The notes: generated by a model from the letters alone, not told the origin. Shown: positions 25,475 through 34,410, numbered from the stretch's first letter. The stretch is 63,343 nucleotides of DNA from Patescibacteria group bacterium (GCA_028716485.1 JAQUPS010000007.1:1-63343), one strand, 5' to 3'. Numbers and translations are program-made.

Positions 25475-26020
25475 TTATTCGCTTTTAACTGCCGCCTTGC
25501 CTTCCTTTCTCCTGATCACTTCGTCGACATATTTGATTCCCTTGCCTTTATACGGCTCGGGCTTTTTGATATTTCTGATTTGATTGGCGATTTCGCCCAG
25601 TAATTCTTTGTCCGCGCCGCTCACCGTAATGACGTTTTCTTCAACTTTTCCGTCGATGCCAGCCGGTAATTCAAAAACGACCGGATGGGAAAAACCAACA
25701 TTGAAAGTCAATTTTTTGCCCGCGCCCGCGACTTTGAAACCAACACCGTTGATTTCCAATTTTTTCTGAAAGCCATCCTTAACGCCGATGATCATATTTC
25801 TGATTAAATTCCAATACAAGCCCCAAAGAGCGTTTTCTCTCTTATTCTTAGGATTAATGATGCTGACGAATAATTCGCCAACGCCCGCTTTAACGGCAAT
25901 CTGGGGAAGAATTTTTCTTTTCAATTCCCCTTTCGGACCTTTCACGGTCACCAAATCTCCTTCAATTTTCACTTGAACGTCAGCCGGTATTTTAATTGGC
26001 AGTTTTCCTAAACGAGACAT
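25475..26020 (-). CDS. rplF: 50S ribosomal protein L6
   Basis: Starts MSRLGKLPIKIPADVQVKIEGDLVTVKGPKGEL. Confidence 0.96.
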   Translation of the reverse strand: MSRLGKLPIKIPADVQVKIEGDLVTVKGPKGELKRKILPQIAVKAGVGELFVSIINPKNKRENALWGLYWNLIRNMIIGVKDGFQKKLEINGVGFKVAGAGKKLTFNVGFSHPVVFELPAGIDGKVEENVITVSGADKELLGEIANQIRNIKKPEPYKGKGIKYVDEVIRRKEGKAAVKSE

Positions 26021-26022
26021 AG

Positions 26023-26115
26023 AATTCGTATTTCGTATTTCGTATTTCGTATTTCGGAACCCCTATATTTTTTAAAAATATACGAGATACAAAATACGAA
26101 ATACCAAATACGAAT
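26023..26115. repeat. Heptamer-arm hairpin (TCGTATT family), ~33-bp stem
   Basis: The left arm 26023-26056 pairs with the right arm 26081-26115 at about 30 of 33 positions. It fills the rpsH-rplF spacer. Confidence 0.85.
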
Positions 26116-26117
26116 TA

Positions 26118-26534
26118 TTAATATACTTCGCAGACCACTTCTCCGCCGGTTTTTTTCTTTCTGGCCTCCTTGCCGGTCATTAATCCTTGCGAAGTGGAAA
26201 TGATCGCCGTACCTAAACCATTCAAAACCGTGGTTATCTTATCCTTGCTGACATAAACTCGCAAGCCGGGTTTGCTGACTCTTTGGATGGAACTGATCGC
26301 CGGGCGGCCGCTTTTCTTGTATTTCAAGACTATCTTCAATTCCTTGAAAGCCGCGTTTACTTTGCCCTTGGCGGTTTCCGCTCCCAGAATTTCGAATTTT
26401 TGAATCCAATTTTCGCGCGCCAAAATCTCAGCGATGGCAATTTTCATCTTGCTCGCCGGCATTGTCAGCTCGCCGATTCCCGCGGCGGCCGCGTTTCTGA
26501 TTCTTGTTAGCATATCTCCTATTGGATCTGTCAT
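26118..26534 (-). CDS. rpsH: 30S ribosomal protein S8
   Basis: Contains MTDPIGDMLTRIRNA and the C-terminal GGEVVCEVY. Confidence 0.96.
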   Translation of the reverse strand: MTDPIGDMLTRIRNAAAAGIGELTMPASKMKIAIAEILARENWIQKFEILGAETAKGKVNAAFKELKIVLKYKKSGRPAISSIQRVSKPGLRVYVSKDKITTVLNGLGTAIISTSQGLMTGKEARKKKTGGEVVCEVY

Positions 26535-26542
26535 ACTATTTT

Positions 26543-26620
26543 AATGCTAAATTATGAATGCTAAATGCTAAATTATCAATTACTTTCAATTTAGCATTCA
26601 TCATTTAGCATTTAGCATTT
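26543..26620. repeat. Heptamer-arm hairpin (GCTAAAT family)
   Basis: aatgctaaattatgaatgctaaatgctaaatt faces tttagcattcatcatttagcatttagcattt. Confidence 0.8.
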
Positions 26621-26681
26621 AACTTTTATTTACCAAAATTATCTCAACAATTTTACGTTTATATAAATTACTTCGATTATC

Positions 26682-26867
26682 TTACCATGACGCTCTCTTA
26701 ATTCCGGGCAATTCGCCTTTTTCAGCCAGCTCGCGAAAACAAATACGGCACAAATCGAAATCCCGCATATAGCCGTGATTACGGCCGCAGCGCCAGCAAC
26801 GTCTGATCTTCCGGGTGGAAAATTTGGGTTTTCTTTTCGCTTTTACTATTAATGCTGTTCTCGCCAT
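26682..26867 (-). CDS. rpsZ: 30S ribosomal protein S14 type Z (zinc-binding)
   Basis: 61 aa with [23 protein letters not shown]. Confidence 0.95.
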   Translation of the reverse strand: MARTALIVKAKRKPKFSTRKIRRCWRCGRNHGYMRDFDLCRICFRELAEKGELPGIKRASW

Positions 26868-26896
26868 AGTATTTTAATGATAAGTGATAATTGATT

Positions 26897-27442
26897 TTAT
26901 TCTTGCCGCAACGGAAATTTTAATAATCTAAACAATTCTAATCCTTCCTGCGCGTTTTTCGCGGTGGTCGCGATGCATATTTCCAAACCATGCAATTTTT
27001 CCAAATCTCTGACTTCAATTTCGGCAAAAGGCATAATATCCTTGAAGCCGATGGTCAAACAGCCGGTGCGATCGATGGATTTCGGATTGACGCCGCGGAA
27101 ATCGCGGACGCGCGGCAAATAAACATTGATCAATCTTTCCACAAAATCCCACATTCTTTGGCCGCGTAAAGTAACCGAAGCGCCAATGATCATTCCTTCC
27201 TTGATCTTAAAAGCGGAAACAGCCTTTTTGGCTTTGTTCAGCATTGGTTTCTGGCCGGCGATAATCGTCAAATTTTCTTCGATAAACTTAATCAATTCTT
27301 TGTCTTTGGTATTTCTGCCAAAACCGACGTTAAGCACGACCTTCGCCAAGCGCGGCGCGGCCAAGTTATTCTTGATGTCCAGCCTTTTCTTTAATTCAGG
27401 CAGGATTTCTTTTTTATAGTATTCTTTTAATCTCATAATCAT
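26897..27442 (-). CDS. rplE: 50S ribosomal protein L5
   Basis: Contains LKEYYKKEILPELKKRL and GMIIGASVTLRGQRMWDFVERL. An ATG at 27436 is an equally possible start. Confidence 0.95.
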   Translation of the reverse strand: MIMRLKEYYKKEILPELKKRLDIKNNLAAPRLAKVVLNVGFGRNTKDKELIKFIEENLTIIAGQKPMLNKAKKAVSAFKIKEGMIIGASVTLRGQRMWDFVERLINVYLPRVRDFRGVNPKSIDRTGCLTIGFKDIMPFAEIEVRDLEKLHGLEICIATTAKNAQEGLELFRLLKFPLRQE

Positions 27443-27445
27443 TAA

Positions 27446-27502
27446 TTTTAATCCCCTCTCGGGAGGGGTGCCGCGATTGAAATGAGCGGCAGGGTGGGTT
27501 TT
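27446..27502. repeat. 57-nt GC-rich structured repeat, copy 1
   Basis: ttttaatcccctctcgggaggggtgccgcgattgaaatgagcggcagggtgggtttt. It differs from copy 2 at 3 positions. Confidence 0.85.
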
Positions 27503-27525
27503 CGGTAATCAATAGAAGGCAAACT

Positions 27526-27861
27526 CTACTCAATAGCCTTTCCGCATTTTTTGCAAATTCTCACTTTCTTCTTGATTTTCTTGCCTTCACCGATGGTTTC
27601 TTCGGTGAACTGATAACCGACTCTGGTAACCTTGCCGCAATTCGGACAAAGTAAAGCCAAATTAGTGATCGAAAGCGGAGCGGGGAATTCAATTCTCTGG
27701 CCTTTTTCTCCCTGTTTTCTCGGGCGCAAATGCTTAATTAAAAGATTCAAGCCCTCAATACTGGCCTTATTATCGGCAGCAAAAATCTGCAGGACCTTTC
27801 CCTCTTTGCCGCTGTCTTTACCGGCCATTATTCTCACTTTGTCGTTTTTCTTTATCTTCAT
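27526..27861 (-). CDS. rplX: 50S ribosomal protein L24 with CxxC...CxxC zinc-ribbon-like C-terminal half
   Basis: The KOW motif is KIKKNDKVRIMAGKDSGKEGKVL. CPNCGK and CKKCGK lie in the C-terminal part. Confidence 0.93.
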   Translation of the reverse strand: MKIKKNDKVRIMAGKDSGKEGKVLQIFAADNKASIEGLNLLIKHLRPRKQGEKGQRIEFPAPLSITNLALLCPNCGKVTRVGYQFTEETIGEGKKIKKKVRICKKCGKAIE

Positions 27862-27885
27862 ATATAAATGATTCTTTAATGTCTT

Positions 27886-28257
27886 TTATAAGACTTCCGG
27901 CGCCAGCGAGGCGATTTTTACAAAGCCCTTTTTTCTGACTTCTCTGGCAATCGGACCGAAGATTCTGGTGCCTTTCGGCTCGCCCTTGTCCGCATCAACG
28001 ATAACGCAAGCATTCTCGTCAAACCGAAGGCAAGTGCCGTCTTTGCGCTTTATTTCTTTTTTAGTTCTGACAACAACCGCCTTGACGACGTCGCTTTTTT
28101 TAACCGGCGCGTGCGGAATCGCTTCCTTGACCGCGCAAGTTATAATATCGCCGACGTGAGCGTATCGCTTTCCGTAAGTTCCGTTAACTCGAATACACTC
28201 GGCCTCTTTGGCGCCGGTATTATCAGCTACTTTTAATCTTGTTCCAACTTGTATCAT
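27886..28257 (-). CDS. rplN: 50S ribosomal protein L14
   Basis: Starts [18 protein letters not shown]. Confidence 0.97.
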   Translation of the reverse strand: MIQVGTRLKVADNTGAKEAECIRVNGTYGKRYAHVGDIITCAVKEAIPHAPVKKSDVVKAVVVRTKKEIKRKDGTCLRFDENACVIVDADKGEPKGTRIFGPIAREVRKKGFVKIASLAPEVL

Positions 28258-28297
28258 ATTCGTATTTCGTATTTGGTATTTCGTATTTCGTATACGG
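28258..28297. repeat. TCGTATT tandem heptamer x5
   Basis: attcgtatttcgtatttggtatttcgtatttcgtatacgg, between rpsQ and rplN. Confidence 0.85.
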
Positions 28298-28325
28298 AAT
28301 ATTTTACGAACTTCCTGATTTTTTA

Positions 28326-28586
28326 TTATTTATTATTTACCAATACTCTCCATTTCTTATCTTTGCTCAGCGGGCGGCACTCAACGAATTCAACCTTATC
28401 GCCTTCTTTATATTTATTATTTTCATCATGAACTTTATATTTTTTGGCAATCTTGTATCTTTTCTTGTATTTCGGGTCGCGCTTAACCGTTTCCACCCGG
28501 ACGACGATAGTCTTGTCCATCTTGTCGCTGGTGACGACGCCGGAAAATTTTCTTCTGATTATTTCTTTATCTTGGTTCATATTCAT
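28326..28586 (-). CDS. rpsQ: 30S ribosomal protein S17
   Basis: Contains [42 protein letters not shown]. Confidence 0.95.
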   Translation of the reverse strand: MNMNQDKEIIRRKFSGVVTSDKMDKTIVVRVETVKRDPKYKKRYKIAKKYKVHDENNKYKEGDKVEFVECRPLSKDKKWRVLVNNK

Positions 28587-28589
28587 TTA

Positions 28590-28646
28590 TTTTAATCCCC
28601 TTTTGGGAGGGGTGCCGCGATTGAAATGAGCGGCGGGGTGGGTTTT
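28590..28646. repeat. 57-nt GC-rich structured repeat, copy 2
   Basis: ttttaatccccttttgggaggggtgccgcgattgaaatgagcggcggggtgggtttt. Confidence 0.85.
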
Positions 28647-28833
28647 ATTTCTTGTTCAAATTAAGCAAAGTCAAAACATTGGCGATAACGGTTCTGATCG
28701 TTCTGATCTCCCTGATATTTTTCAATTGCTTATTGGCATCCTTAAAACGAGCCAATCTTAATTTTTCCCGATATTCGGATAAGATCGCCTGCAATTCCTT
28801 TTCAGTTTTCTTTTGTAATTCTTTAAATTCCAT
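28645..28833 (-). CDS. rpmC: 50S ribosomal protein L29
   Basis: Contains MEFKELQKKTEKELQAILSEYREKLRLARF. An ATG at 28848 is the alternative start, inside a repeat arm. Confidence 0.9.
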   Translation of the reverse strand: MEFKELQKKTEKELQAILSEYREKLRLARFKDANKQLKNIREIRTIRTVIANVLTLLNLNKK

Positions 28834-28848
28834 ATATTCATGAAACAT

Positions 28849-28939
28849 GTATCAAGTATCATATAACATCTCTTTCTCACCGGCTTATTTCCATTGAAAT
28901 GCTACCTGTTACTTGTTACCTGCTATCTGTTTTACTCGT
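28849..28939. repeat. Heptamer-arm hairpin (GTAACAT family)
   Basis: catgaaacatgtatcaagtatcatataacat faces atgctacctgttacttgttacctgctatctg. It overlaps the rplP stop. Confidence 0.65.
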
Positions 28940-29342
28940 TCGCCTTGACAAATCTCGATGTCACCGGCAATTTGTCACCGGCGAATTTCATCCCTTCTTT
29001 GGCTTCCGCTTCAGTAACGCCCTCGATTTCGAACATCACCATGCCAGGCTTGACATTGCAGACATAATGGTCGACCGAACCTTTGCCTTTACCCATCGGC
29101 AGTTCGCCGCCTTTAGCCGTAACCGGTTTAGCCGGGAAGATGCGGCAAAAAATTCTGCCGCCTTTCTTGATATATCTGGTCAAAACGCGTCTCGCTGCTT
29201 CAATTTGTCTCGCCGTCACCCAGCAATTTTCCAAAGATTTAAGACCGTAACTGCCAAAACTAACCCTCAGGCCGCTGGTGGCCTTGCCGCCTCTTTTTCC
29301 CTTATGGGACTTGCGATATTTAGTTTTTCTGGGCATCAACAT
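28932..29342 (-). CDS. rplP: 50S ribosomal protein L16
   Basis: MLMPRKTKYRKSHKGKRGG start at 29342; the track start at 29369 is longer. Confidence 0.95.
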   Translation of the reverse strand: MLMPRKTKYRKSHKGKRGGKATSGLRVSFGSYGLKSLENCWVTARQIEAARRVLTRYIKKGGRIFCRIFPAKPVTAKGGELPMGKGKGSVDHYVCNVKPGMVMFEIEGVTEAEAKEGMKFAGDKLPVTSRFVKANE

Positions 29343-29358
29343 AGATTGGTATTTGGTA

Positions 29359-29420
29359 TCAGGTAACAAGTAGCATGTAGCATAATTTTTAAAAAATATT
29401 ACCTGCTACTTGTTACCTGA
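29359..29420. repeat. Hairpin with perfect 17-bp stem (CAGGTAAC family)
   Basis: TCAGGTAACAAGTAGCA (29359-29375) is the exact reverse complement of 29404-29420. Confidence 0.9.
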
Positions 29421-29430
29421 ATCGCTGTTT

Positions 29431-30126
29431 TTATTTTCTTCTCCCCAATATTTCTCCTTTGCCGTCTTTATTGTTAATATCTTTTTCGAAAACTTCGCCT
29501 TTATAGATCCAGACTTTGACGCCGATGGTTCCATAGCTGGTTTTGGCCACGCCGCGGGAATAATCAATATCAGCTCTTAAAGTCTGCAAGGGGATTTTTC
29601 CGGAAACCAATTTTTCTTCACGGGCGATTTCCGCGCCGTTCAATCTTCCGGACACTACGACCTTGACTCCCAATCCGCCGGCTTTTTCCACGCGGGAAAC
29701 GGCCTGTTTCATCGTCCGCTTGAAAGGCATTCTTTTTTCAATATCGGCGATTATCGATTGCAGCACGATTTGCGAGCTAAGATTCGGGCGATCGCATTCT
29801 TTGATGTTGATATTGATTTCTTTCATCCGGAAATTCTTCAAAAATTTGGTATGGATTTTTTTCTTCAATTCTTCAATCCCGTTGCCGCCGCGGCCGATGA
29901 TAATACCGGGTTTGGAGGCGGTGATATCAAAAGATATTTTTTTAATGCCTCTTTCAATCTTGACATTGTCAACGCCGGCCTCTTTCAGATCCTGCATCAA
30001 AAATCTTCTGGTCAGCACATCCTGTTTGGTATTTTTGATATAATCATTACCGGTAGCAAACCAAAGGGACGGCCAAGTCCGGTTGATTCCCATTCTGAAT
30101 ATTTTTGGATTTACTTTTTTTCCCAT
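29431..30126 (-). CDS. rpsC: 30S ribosomal protein S3
   Basis: Contains MGKKVNPKIFRMGI and the KH motif GIIIGRGGNGIEELKK. Confidence 0.97.
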   Translation of the reverse strand: MGKKVNPKIFRMGINRTWPSLWFATGNDYIKNTKQDVLTRRFLMQDLKEAGVDNVKIERGIKKISFDITASKPGIIIGRGGNGIEELKKKIHTKFLKNFRMKEININIKECDRPNLSSQIVLQSIIADIEKRMPFKRTMKQAVSRVEKAGGLGVKVVVSGRLNGAEIAREEKLVSGKIPLQTLRADIDYSRGVAKTSYGTIGVKVWIYKGEVFEKDINNKDGKGEILGRRK

Positions 30127-30131
30127 ATATT

Positions 30132-30324
30132 TTTCGTATTTGGTATTTCGTATCTCGTATTTCGTATATTCTTACGAAATTTAAACTAACAAGTAAATTA
30201 TTAATTATTATTTTTATATCAATTTCAGAAATCTTTTTGTTATTTTATCTTCGGCGTCTTTTTTTGATATTCTTCTCTCTTAACCCGATATACGAAATAC
30301 GATATACCAAATACGAGATACGAA
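30132..30324. repeat. TCGTATT-family inverted arms separated by 117 nt
   Basis: The left arm is 30132-30168 and the right arm 30286-30324 (cgatatacgaaatacgatataccaaatacgagatacgaa). It fills the rplV-rpsC spacer. Confidence 0.8.
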
Positions 30325-30867
30325 TTATCCGTTGCCGCTTTTTCTCTGGAACATTTTATTGACAAATCCTTTCTTGCCCGCGCCTTCCTTGCCCGCCGTA
30401 GCTTTAGCGGAGGCGGGTTTTTCCGCCTTCCCCTTAACATTAGATTTGGCGGCCTTCTCCCCTTCTTTAACCATTTCTTCCAGGGAAATCGGAGCCTCGA
30501 CTTCTTTCTTCTTCGCTGCCGTGATGCCGGAAGCTTTAAGTTCGCCCAAAGTAATATTGATATGGCTCAATCTTTTCCGGATCGGAGTGGCGCTACCGTG
30601 AGCCTTCGGAGTCCAGCGCTTCAGCATTCCGCCTTCGTCAATCCTGATTTCTTTCACCATTAAATTATGTTCATCCAATTCAAAATCATTTTTCGCCGAG
30701 GCAATGGCCGACTTGAGCAATTTGGCGATCGGTTCAACCGCTTTTTTGTTGGCAAATCTCAATTGGTTCAAAGCGACATCAACTTGCGCGCCACGGATAA
30801 GATTGGCCACCAAACGCAGTTTTTTCGAAGACATCCGGATAAATTTTAGTTTGACTTTTATTTCCAT
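30325..30867 (-). CDS. rplV: 50S ribosomal protein L22 with ~70-aa K/A/G-rich C-terminal extension
   Basis: Contains IRMSSKKLRLVANLIRG and RWTPKAHGSATPIRKRLSHINITL. ATG at 30865-30867. Confidence 0.93.
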   Translation of the reverse strand: MEIKVKLKFIRMSSKKLRLVANLIRGAQVDVALNQLRFANKKAVEPIAKLLKSAIASAKNDFELDEHNLMVKEIRIDEGGMLKRWTPKAHGSATPIRKRLSHINITLGELKASGITAAKKKEVEAPISLEEMVKEGEKAAKSNVKGKAEKPASAKATAGKEGAGKKGFVNKMFQRKSGNG

Positions 30868-30885
30868 ATTATCATCATGAAAGCA

Positions 30886-30975
30886 TTGAAACATGGGAAC
30901 ATGAGAACAAGACGTGGAACGTTTTTCCGCAACCTGTTCCTATGCTCTTATGTTTTTATGCTCTCATGTTTCTAT
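30886..30975. repeat. Hairpin (GAGCAT/GAACAT family)
   Basis: catgaaagcattgaaacatgggaacatgagaacaag faces ctgttcctatgctcttatgtttttatgctctcatgtttc. Confidence 0.7.
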
Positions 30976-31322
30976 TTTTTCTTAGCCTCGGGAGCTTTGG
31001 CTGCCGGAGCCGCCGCCGGAGCCGGTTTTCCCGCTTCCGCCGCTTCCATTTCTTCGGCCTTCGCCATCTTGCCGCCGTGAGCGATAAATTTCTTGGTTAA
31101 AGAAAATTCTCCCAAACGATGGCCGACCATATTTTCCACTATATAAACCGGAATATGCTGTTTGCCGTTATGCACGCCAATCGTAAACCCGACCATTTCC
31201 GGAGTAATAGTGCAAGCTCGATCCCAAACCTTAATGACGGTTTTGTCTCCGGGCTTGAGATTTTTGAGCTTCTTGATGATTCTGGGATTTACGTATGGGC
31301 CTTTTTTTAAACTTCTGGACAT
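30972..31322 (-). CDS. rpsS: 30S ribosomal protein S19 with Ala/Pro/Lys C-terminal tail
   Basis: Contains [11 protein letters not shown] and [13 protein letters not shown]. The tail is [22 protein letters not shown]. Confidence 0.96.
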   Translation of the reverse strand: MSRSLKKGPYVNPRIIKKLKNLKPGDKTVIKVWDRACTITPEMVGFTIGVHNGKQHIPVYIVENMVGHRLGEFSLTKKFIAHGGKMAKAEEMEAAEAGKPAPAAAPAAKAPEAKKK

Positions 31323-31326
31323 AAAA

Positions 31327-31422
31327 TTTTCGTATTTCGTATCTCGTATTTCGTATTTCGGACATGATATCTCATTCTAAAAAATATACGAGATACCAAA
31401 TACGAAATACGAAATACGAATT
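31327..31422. repeat. Heptamer-arm hairpin (TCGTATT family), >30-bp stem
   Basis: ttttcgtatttcgtatctcgtatttcgtatttcgg faces tatacgagataccaaatacgaaatacgaaatacgaatt. It fills the rplB-rpsS spacer. Confidence 0.85.
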
Positions 31423-32265
31423 TTATTTTTCAATTCTCTTCTTTCTCCGATGGACAATCAAACTGCTGGAATACTTTTTCTTCCTGGTAGGCACTCCGAG
31501 CGCCGGCTTGCCCCAAGGAGTTTTCGGATGCTTCAAACCGATCGGCTGTTTGCCTTCGCCGCCGCCGTGCGGATGGTCGTTAGGATTCATCGCCGTGCCG
31601 CGGACGGTCGGGCGGATGCCCAATCTTCTTTGGCGTCCGGCAGCGCCGATGATGATATTCATATGATCAGGATTGCTGACTTGGCCGATGGTGCAAAGAC
31701 ATTCTTTGTTTACTAAACGGATTTCCGAGGATGGCATTCTTAATTGGGCGAAATCTCCTTCCACGCCCATCACCGAGACGGAATTTCCGGCGCCGCGGGC
31801 GATTTTTCCGCCCTGGCCGGGAACCATTTCCACATTGGAAACCGCCATACCCGCCGGAATGAATTTGAGCGGCAGCGCGTTGCCGATTTTTATCTCGATC
31901 TCTTTCCGGGAACTTAAAATTTTATCGCCGACTTTCAAACCGACCGGAGCGATGATATATCTTTTCTCGCCATCAGCATAAAAAAGTAAAGCGATTCTCG
32001 CGCCGCGGCCCGGGTCATATTCGATCGCCGCCACTGCCGCCGGCACGTCATATTTATTCCGTAAAAAATCAACGATTCTAATCGCTCTTTTCACGCCGCC
32101 GCCTTTATGCCGAGTAGTAATTTTCCCCTGAAAATTGCGGCCGCCGGTGGATTTTTTCGGCAACAACAAACTCTTCACCTTGGCTTTGCCGGTGATATCG
32201 GCGAAATCGTCAAAAGCGAATTCTCTTCTCGCCGCCGTATTCGGTTTTACTTTAATAATGCCCAT
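31423..32265 (-). CDS. rplB: 50S ribosomal protein L2
   Basis: Contains GRNFQGKITTRHKGGG and RGTAMNPNDHPHGGGEGK. Confidence 0.98.
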   Translation of the reverse strand: MGIIKVKPNTAARREFAFDDFADITGKAKVKSLLLPKKSTGGRNFQGKITTRHKGGGVKRAIRIVDFLRNKYDVPAAVAAIEYDPGRGARIALLFYADGEKRYIIAPVGLKVGDKILSSRKEIEIKIGNALPLKFIPAGMAVSNVEMVPGQGGKIARGAGNSVSVMGVEGDFAQLRMPSSEIRLVNKECLCTIGQVSNPDHMNIIIGAAGRQRRLGIRPTVRGTAMNPNDHPHGGGEGKQPIGLKHPKTPWGKPALGVPTRKKKYSSSLIVHRRKKRIEK

Positions 32266-32266
32266 G

Positions 32267-32305
32267 TTTTTCGTATTTAGTATTTCGTATCTCGTATTTC
32301 GTATA
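32267..32305. repeat. TCGTATT tandem heptamer x5 (single arm)
   Basis: ttttcgtatttagtatttcgtatctcgtatttcgtata, between rplW and rplB. Confidence 0.8.
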
Positions 32306-32365
32306 TTTTAAAATCAACCTTTTCTCAAAAAATATATAATTTTTAATTCTTAATTTTTAATTGAT

Positions 32366-32890
32366 CTATATTCCCTCGTAAATCTGAATCGTGCTTCCGG
32401 CCGGCAGAGTGACGATCGCTTTTTTCCAGTTCTTTCTCCGGCCTTCGGTTCTTCCCCGGCGAACGACTTTGCCGGCTAATTTGATCATATTCACTTTAGT
32501 CGGCTTAACTCCGTAAACGCTTTCGATCGCCTTAGCGACTTCGATTTTATTAGTATCATAACCGACTTCGAACAGATATTTATTTTCCGCCCCCAAATGA
32601 CTCCCCTTTTCCGTAACCAACGGACGGATTAAGACTCGATAGGCGTTGGAAACGGCCGCTTCTTTTTTAACTTCCGACTTATCCTCCATAGTCCCGCTTG
32701 GTGGGACGAAGGAGGGTTTTTCTTCTCCCTTGGCAACCGGCGCGGCCGCGACTTTTTCTTTGCCCGCGCCGTAAAGATCTTTCATGCTTTTTTTCGCTTC
32801 CGGCTTGGCTTTCTTGCCAGCGCCAACAACAGCCGATTTTTTATCGTCCTTCTTTTTTTCTTCGGTTTTATATTTTCCAAATAAAGACAT
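32366..32890 (-). CDS. rplW: 50S ribosomal protein L23 with ~75-aa Lys-rich N-terminal extension
   Basis: The C-terminal core is LIRPLVTEKGSHLGAENKYLFEV ... KVNMIKLAGKVVRRG. Confidence 0.9.
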   Translation of the reverse strand: MSLFGKYKTEEKKKDDKKSAVVGAGKKAKPEAKKSMKDLYGAGKEKVAAAPVAKGEEKPSFVPPSGTMEDKSEVKKEAAVSNAYRVLIRPLVTEKGSHLGAENKYLFEVGYDTNKIEVAKAIESVYGVKPTKVNMIKLAGKVVRRGRTEGRRKNWKKAIVTLPAGSTIQIYEGI

Positions 32891-32891
32891 A

Positions 32892-33587
32892 TTATTTCTT
32901 ATAAACTGCTTCTAATTTATCAATCGCCTTGTCGGTGAAAATAATATTCCTGGAACCCAGCAAATCGACGATATTGATATTATCCAAATTGATAATTTTT
33001 ACTCCGGCTAAATTTCTTCCCGAATTGGTAACTTTCTCGTCTTTAGCATCGTTAATAAAAAGAATGCTTCTCTTAGTCGTTCTTTTTTTTATGTTCTTAA
33101 CTTTTCCCTTGTCCACCGTAGCTCCGCCCTGCGGAGCGAAGGCGGGTTCCAAATTATTCAAAATTTCGTTCATTACTTTTGTCTTGTAAGCATCCAGAGC
33201 CGGTTTTTCCATAATCGCCAAACCGTTATTGGCAATCTTGTCGGACAAAACCATAAACATCGCCAGGCGCTTGGCCTTCTTGTTGATTTTCTTGGAAAAA
33301 TTGCGATCGGAATTCGGACCAAAAATGATACCGCCGCCGCGCCAAAGCGGAGAGCGGGATGAACCGGCCCTGGCTCGGCCAGTGCCTTTTTGGCGCCACG
33401 GCTTTTTGCCGCCGCCGCGGACTTCGCTGCGGATCTTGGTGTGCGCTAAAACCGGGCGTTCATTGGCCATCTGAGCGACTACCGCTTCATTGACCAATAC
33501 CATATTCACTTTAACGCCAAAGATAGCTTCCGAGACTTCTTTCTGTCCCTTAGCTTCTCCTTTTTGGTTGTAGATATTTAATTTCAT
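32892..33587 (-). CDS. rplD: 50S ribosomal protein L4
   Basis: Contains RGGGKKPWRQKGTGRARAGSSRSPLWRGGG. Confidence 0.97.
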   Translation of the reverse strand: MKLNIYNQKGEAKGQKEVSEAIFGVKVNMVLVNEAVVAQMANERPVLAHTKIRSEVRGGGKKPWRQKGTGRARAGSSRSPLWRGGGIIFGPNSDRNFSKKINKKAKRLAMFMVLSDKIANNGLAIMEKPALDAYKTKVMNEILNNLEPAFAPQGGATVDKGKVKNIKKRTTKRSILFINDAKDEKVTNSGRNLAGVKIINLDNINIVDLLGSRNIIFTDKAIDKLEAVYKK

Positions 33588-33608
33588 TTGATTTTCAAAA
33601 CTAATTAT

Positions 33609-34316
33609 TTACTCGGCAGCCGATTCGGTTTTGATTTCAGCGGTTTCTACCGCGGCCGTTGCCGGTTTGACAGCTTTTAAATCGCCCTTAGCGGCAATCA
33701 GAACCAAACCATTTCTCGCGCCGGCGATTCCGCCCTTGATAAATAAAATATTATTTTTTTCATCAATCTCGATGATTTCCAAATTTTTGGTGGTGACGGT
33801 TTCGCCGCCCATGCGTCCCGGCTTGCGCGTTCCTTTAAAAACGTGGCCAGCGCCGGTCGCGCCGGTGGAGCCGGGCATTCTTAATTGATCTTTGTTACCG
33901 TGGGATTTCCTTCCGCCTTGAAAACCGTGTCTTTTGACAACGCCTTGAAAACCGCGTCCTTTGGAAACTCCGGTCGCGGCAACTTCTTCGCCGACCGCGA
34001 AAGCGCTGACATCTATTTTATCGCCGATTTCCAAAGCTGTCTTATTATCCGCGCCAACGACGAATTCGCGCAAAAACTGAAAATTATCTTGAACTCCTTT
34101 GGCTTTAACCTGTTTCAAATGGCCGAGCTGGGGTTTCTTGGTATTCTTTTCCTTTTTGCTGCCGAAACCAAGCTGAACGGCTTCATAACCGTCATTGGCT
34201 TTATTTTTGATTTGAGTAACAAAACAAGGTCCGGCCTGAACTTTAGTAACGGGCATGACATTTTCTCCTTGCCAAATCTGGGTCATCTCGATTTTTTTAC
34301 CTATAAGAAATTTCAT
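33609..34316 (-). CDS. rplC: 50S ribosomal protein L3
   Basis: Contains GKKIEMTQIW and GVSKGRGFQGVVKRHGFQGG. Confidence 0.97.
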   Translation of the reverse strand: MKFLIGKKIEMTQIWQGENVMPVTKVQAGPCFVTQIKNKANDGYEAVQLGFGSKKEKNTKKPQLGHLKQVKAKGVQDNFQFLREFVVGADNKTALEIGDKIDVSAFAVGEEVAATGVSKGRGFQGVVKRHGFQGGRKSHGNKDQLRMPGSTGATGAGHVFKGTRKPGRMGGETVTTKNLEIIEIDEKNNILFIKGGIAGARNGLVLIAAKGDLKAVKPATAAVETAEIKTESAAE

Positions 34317-34410
34317 AATTCAATTATCTAAATTGCTCGATATTCTTTGTTTTAAAAACAAAAATTGACCTTTCAACAAATGGTCAATTTCACAAAAAAT
34401 GACTAAGATA

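Noticed and set aside
30240-30440. 66-aa minus-strand ORF overlapping the 3' end of rplV and the TCGTATT repeat.
   Set aside because: It is out of frame with L22 and translated largely from repeat sequence ([12 protein letters not shown]). It is a repeat artefact.
23748-32305. Possible CRISPR array, suggested by the many short repeats.
   Set aside because: The repeat units are about 7 nt and tandem, with no unique 25-40-nt spacers. They form inverted arms between genes, and no cas genes are present.
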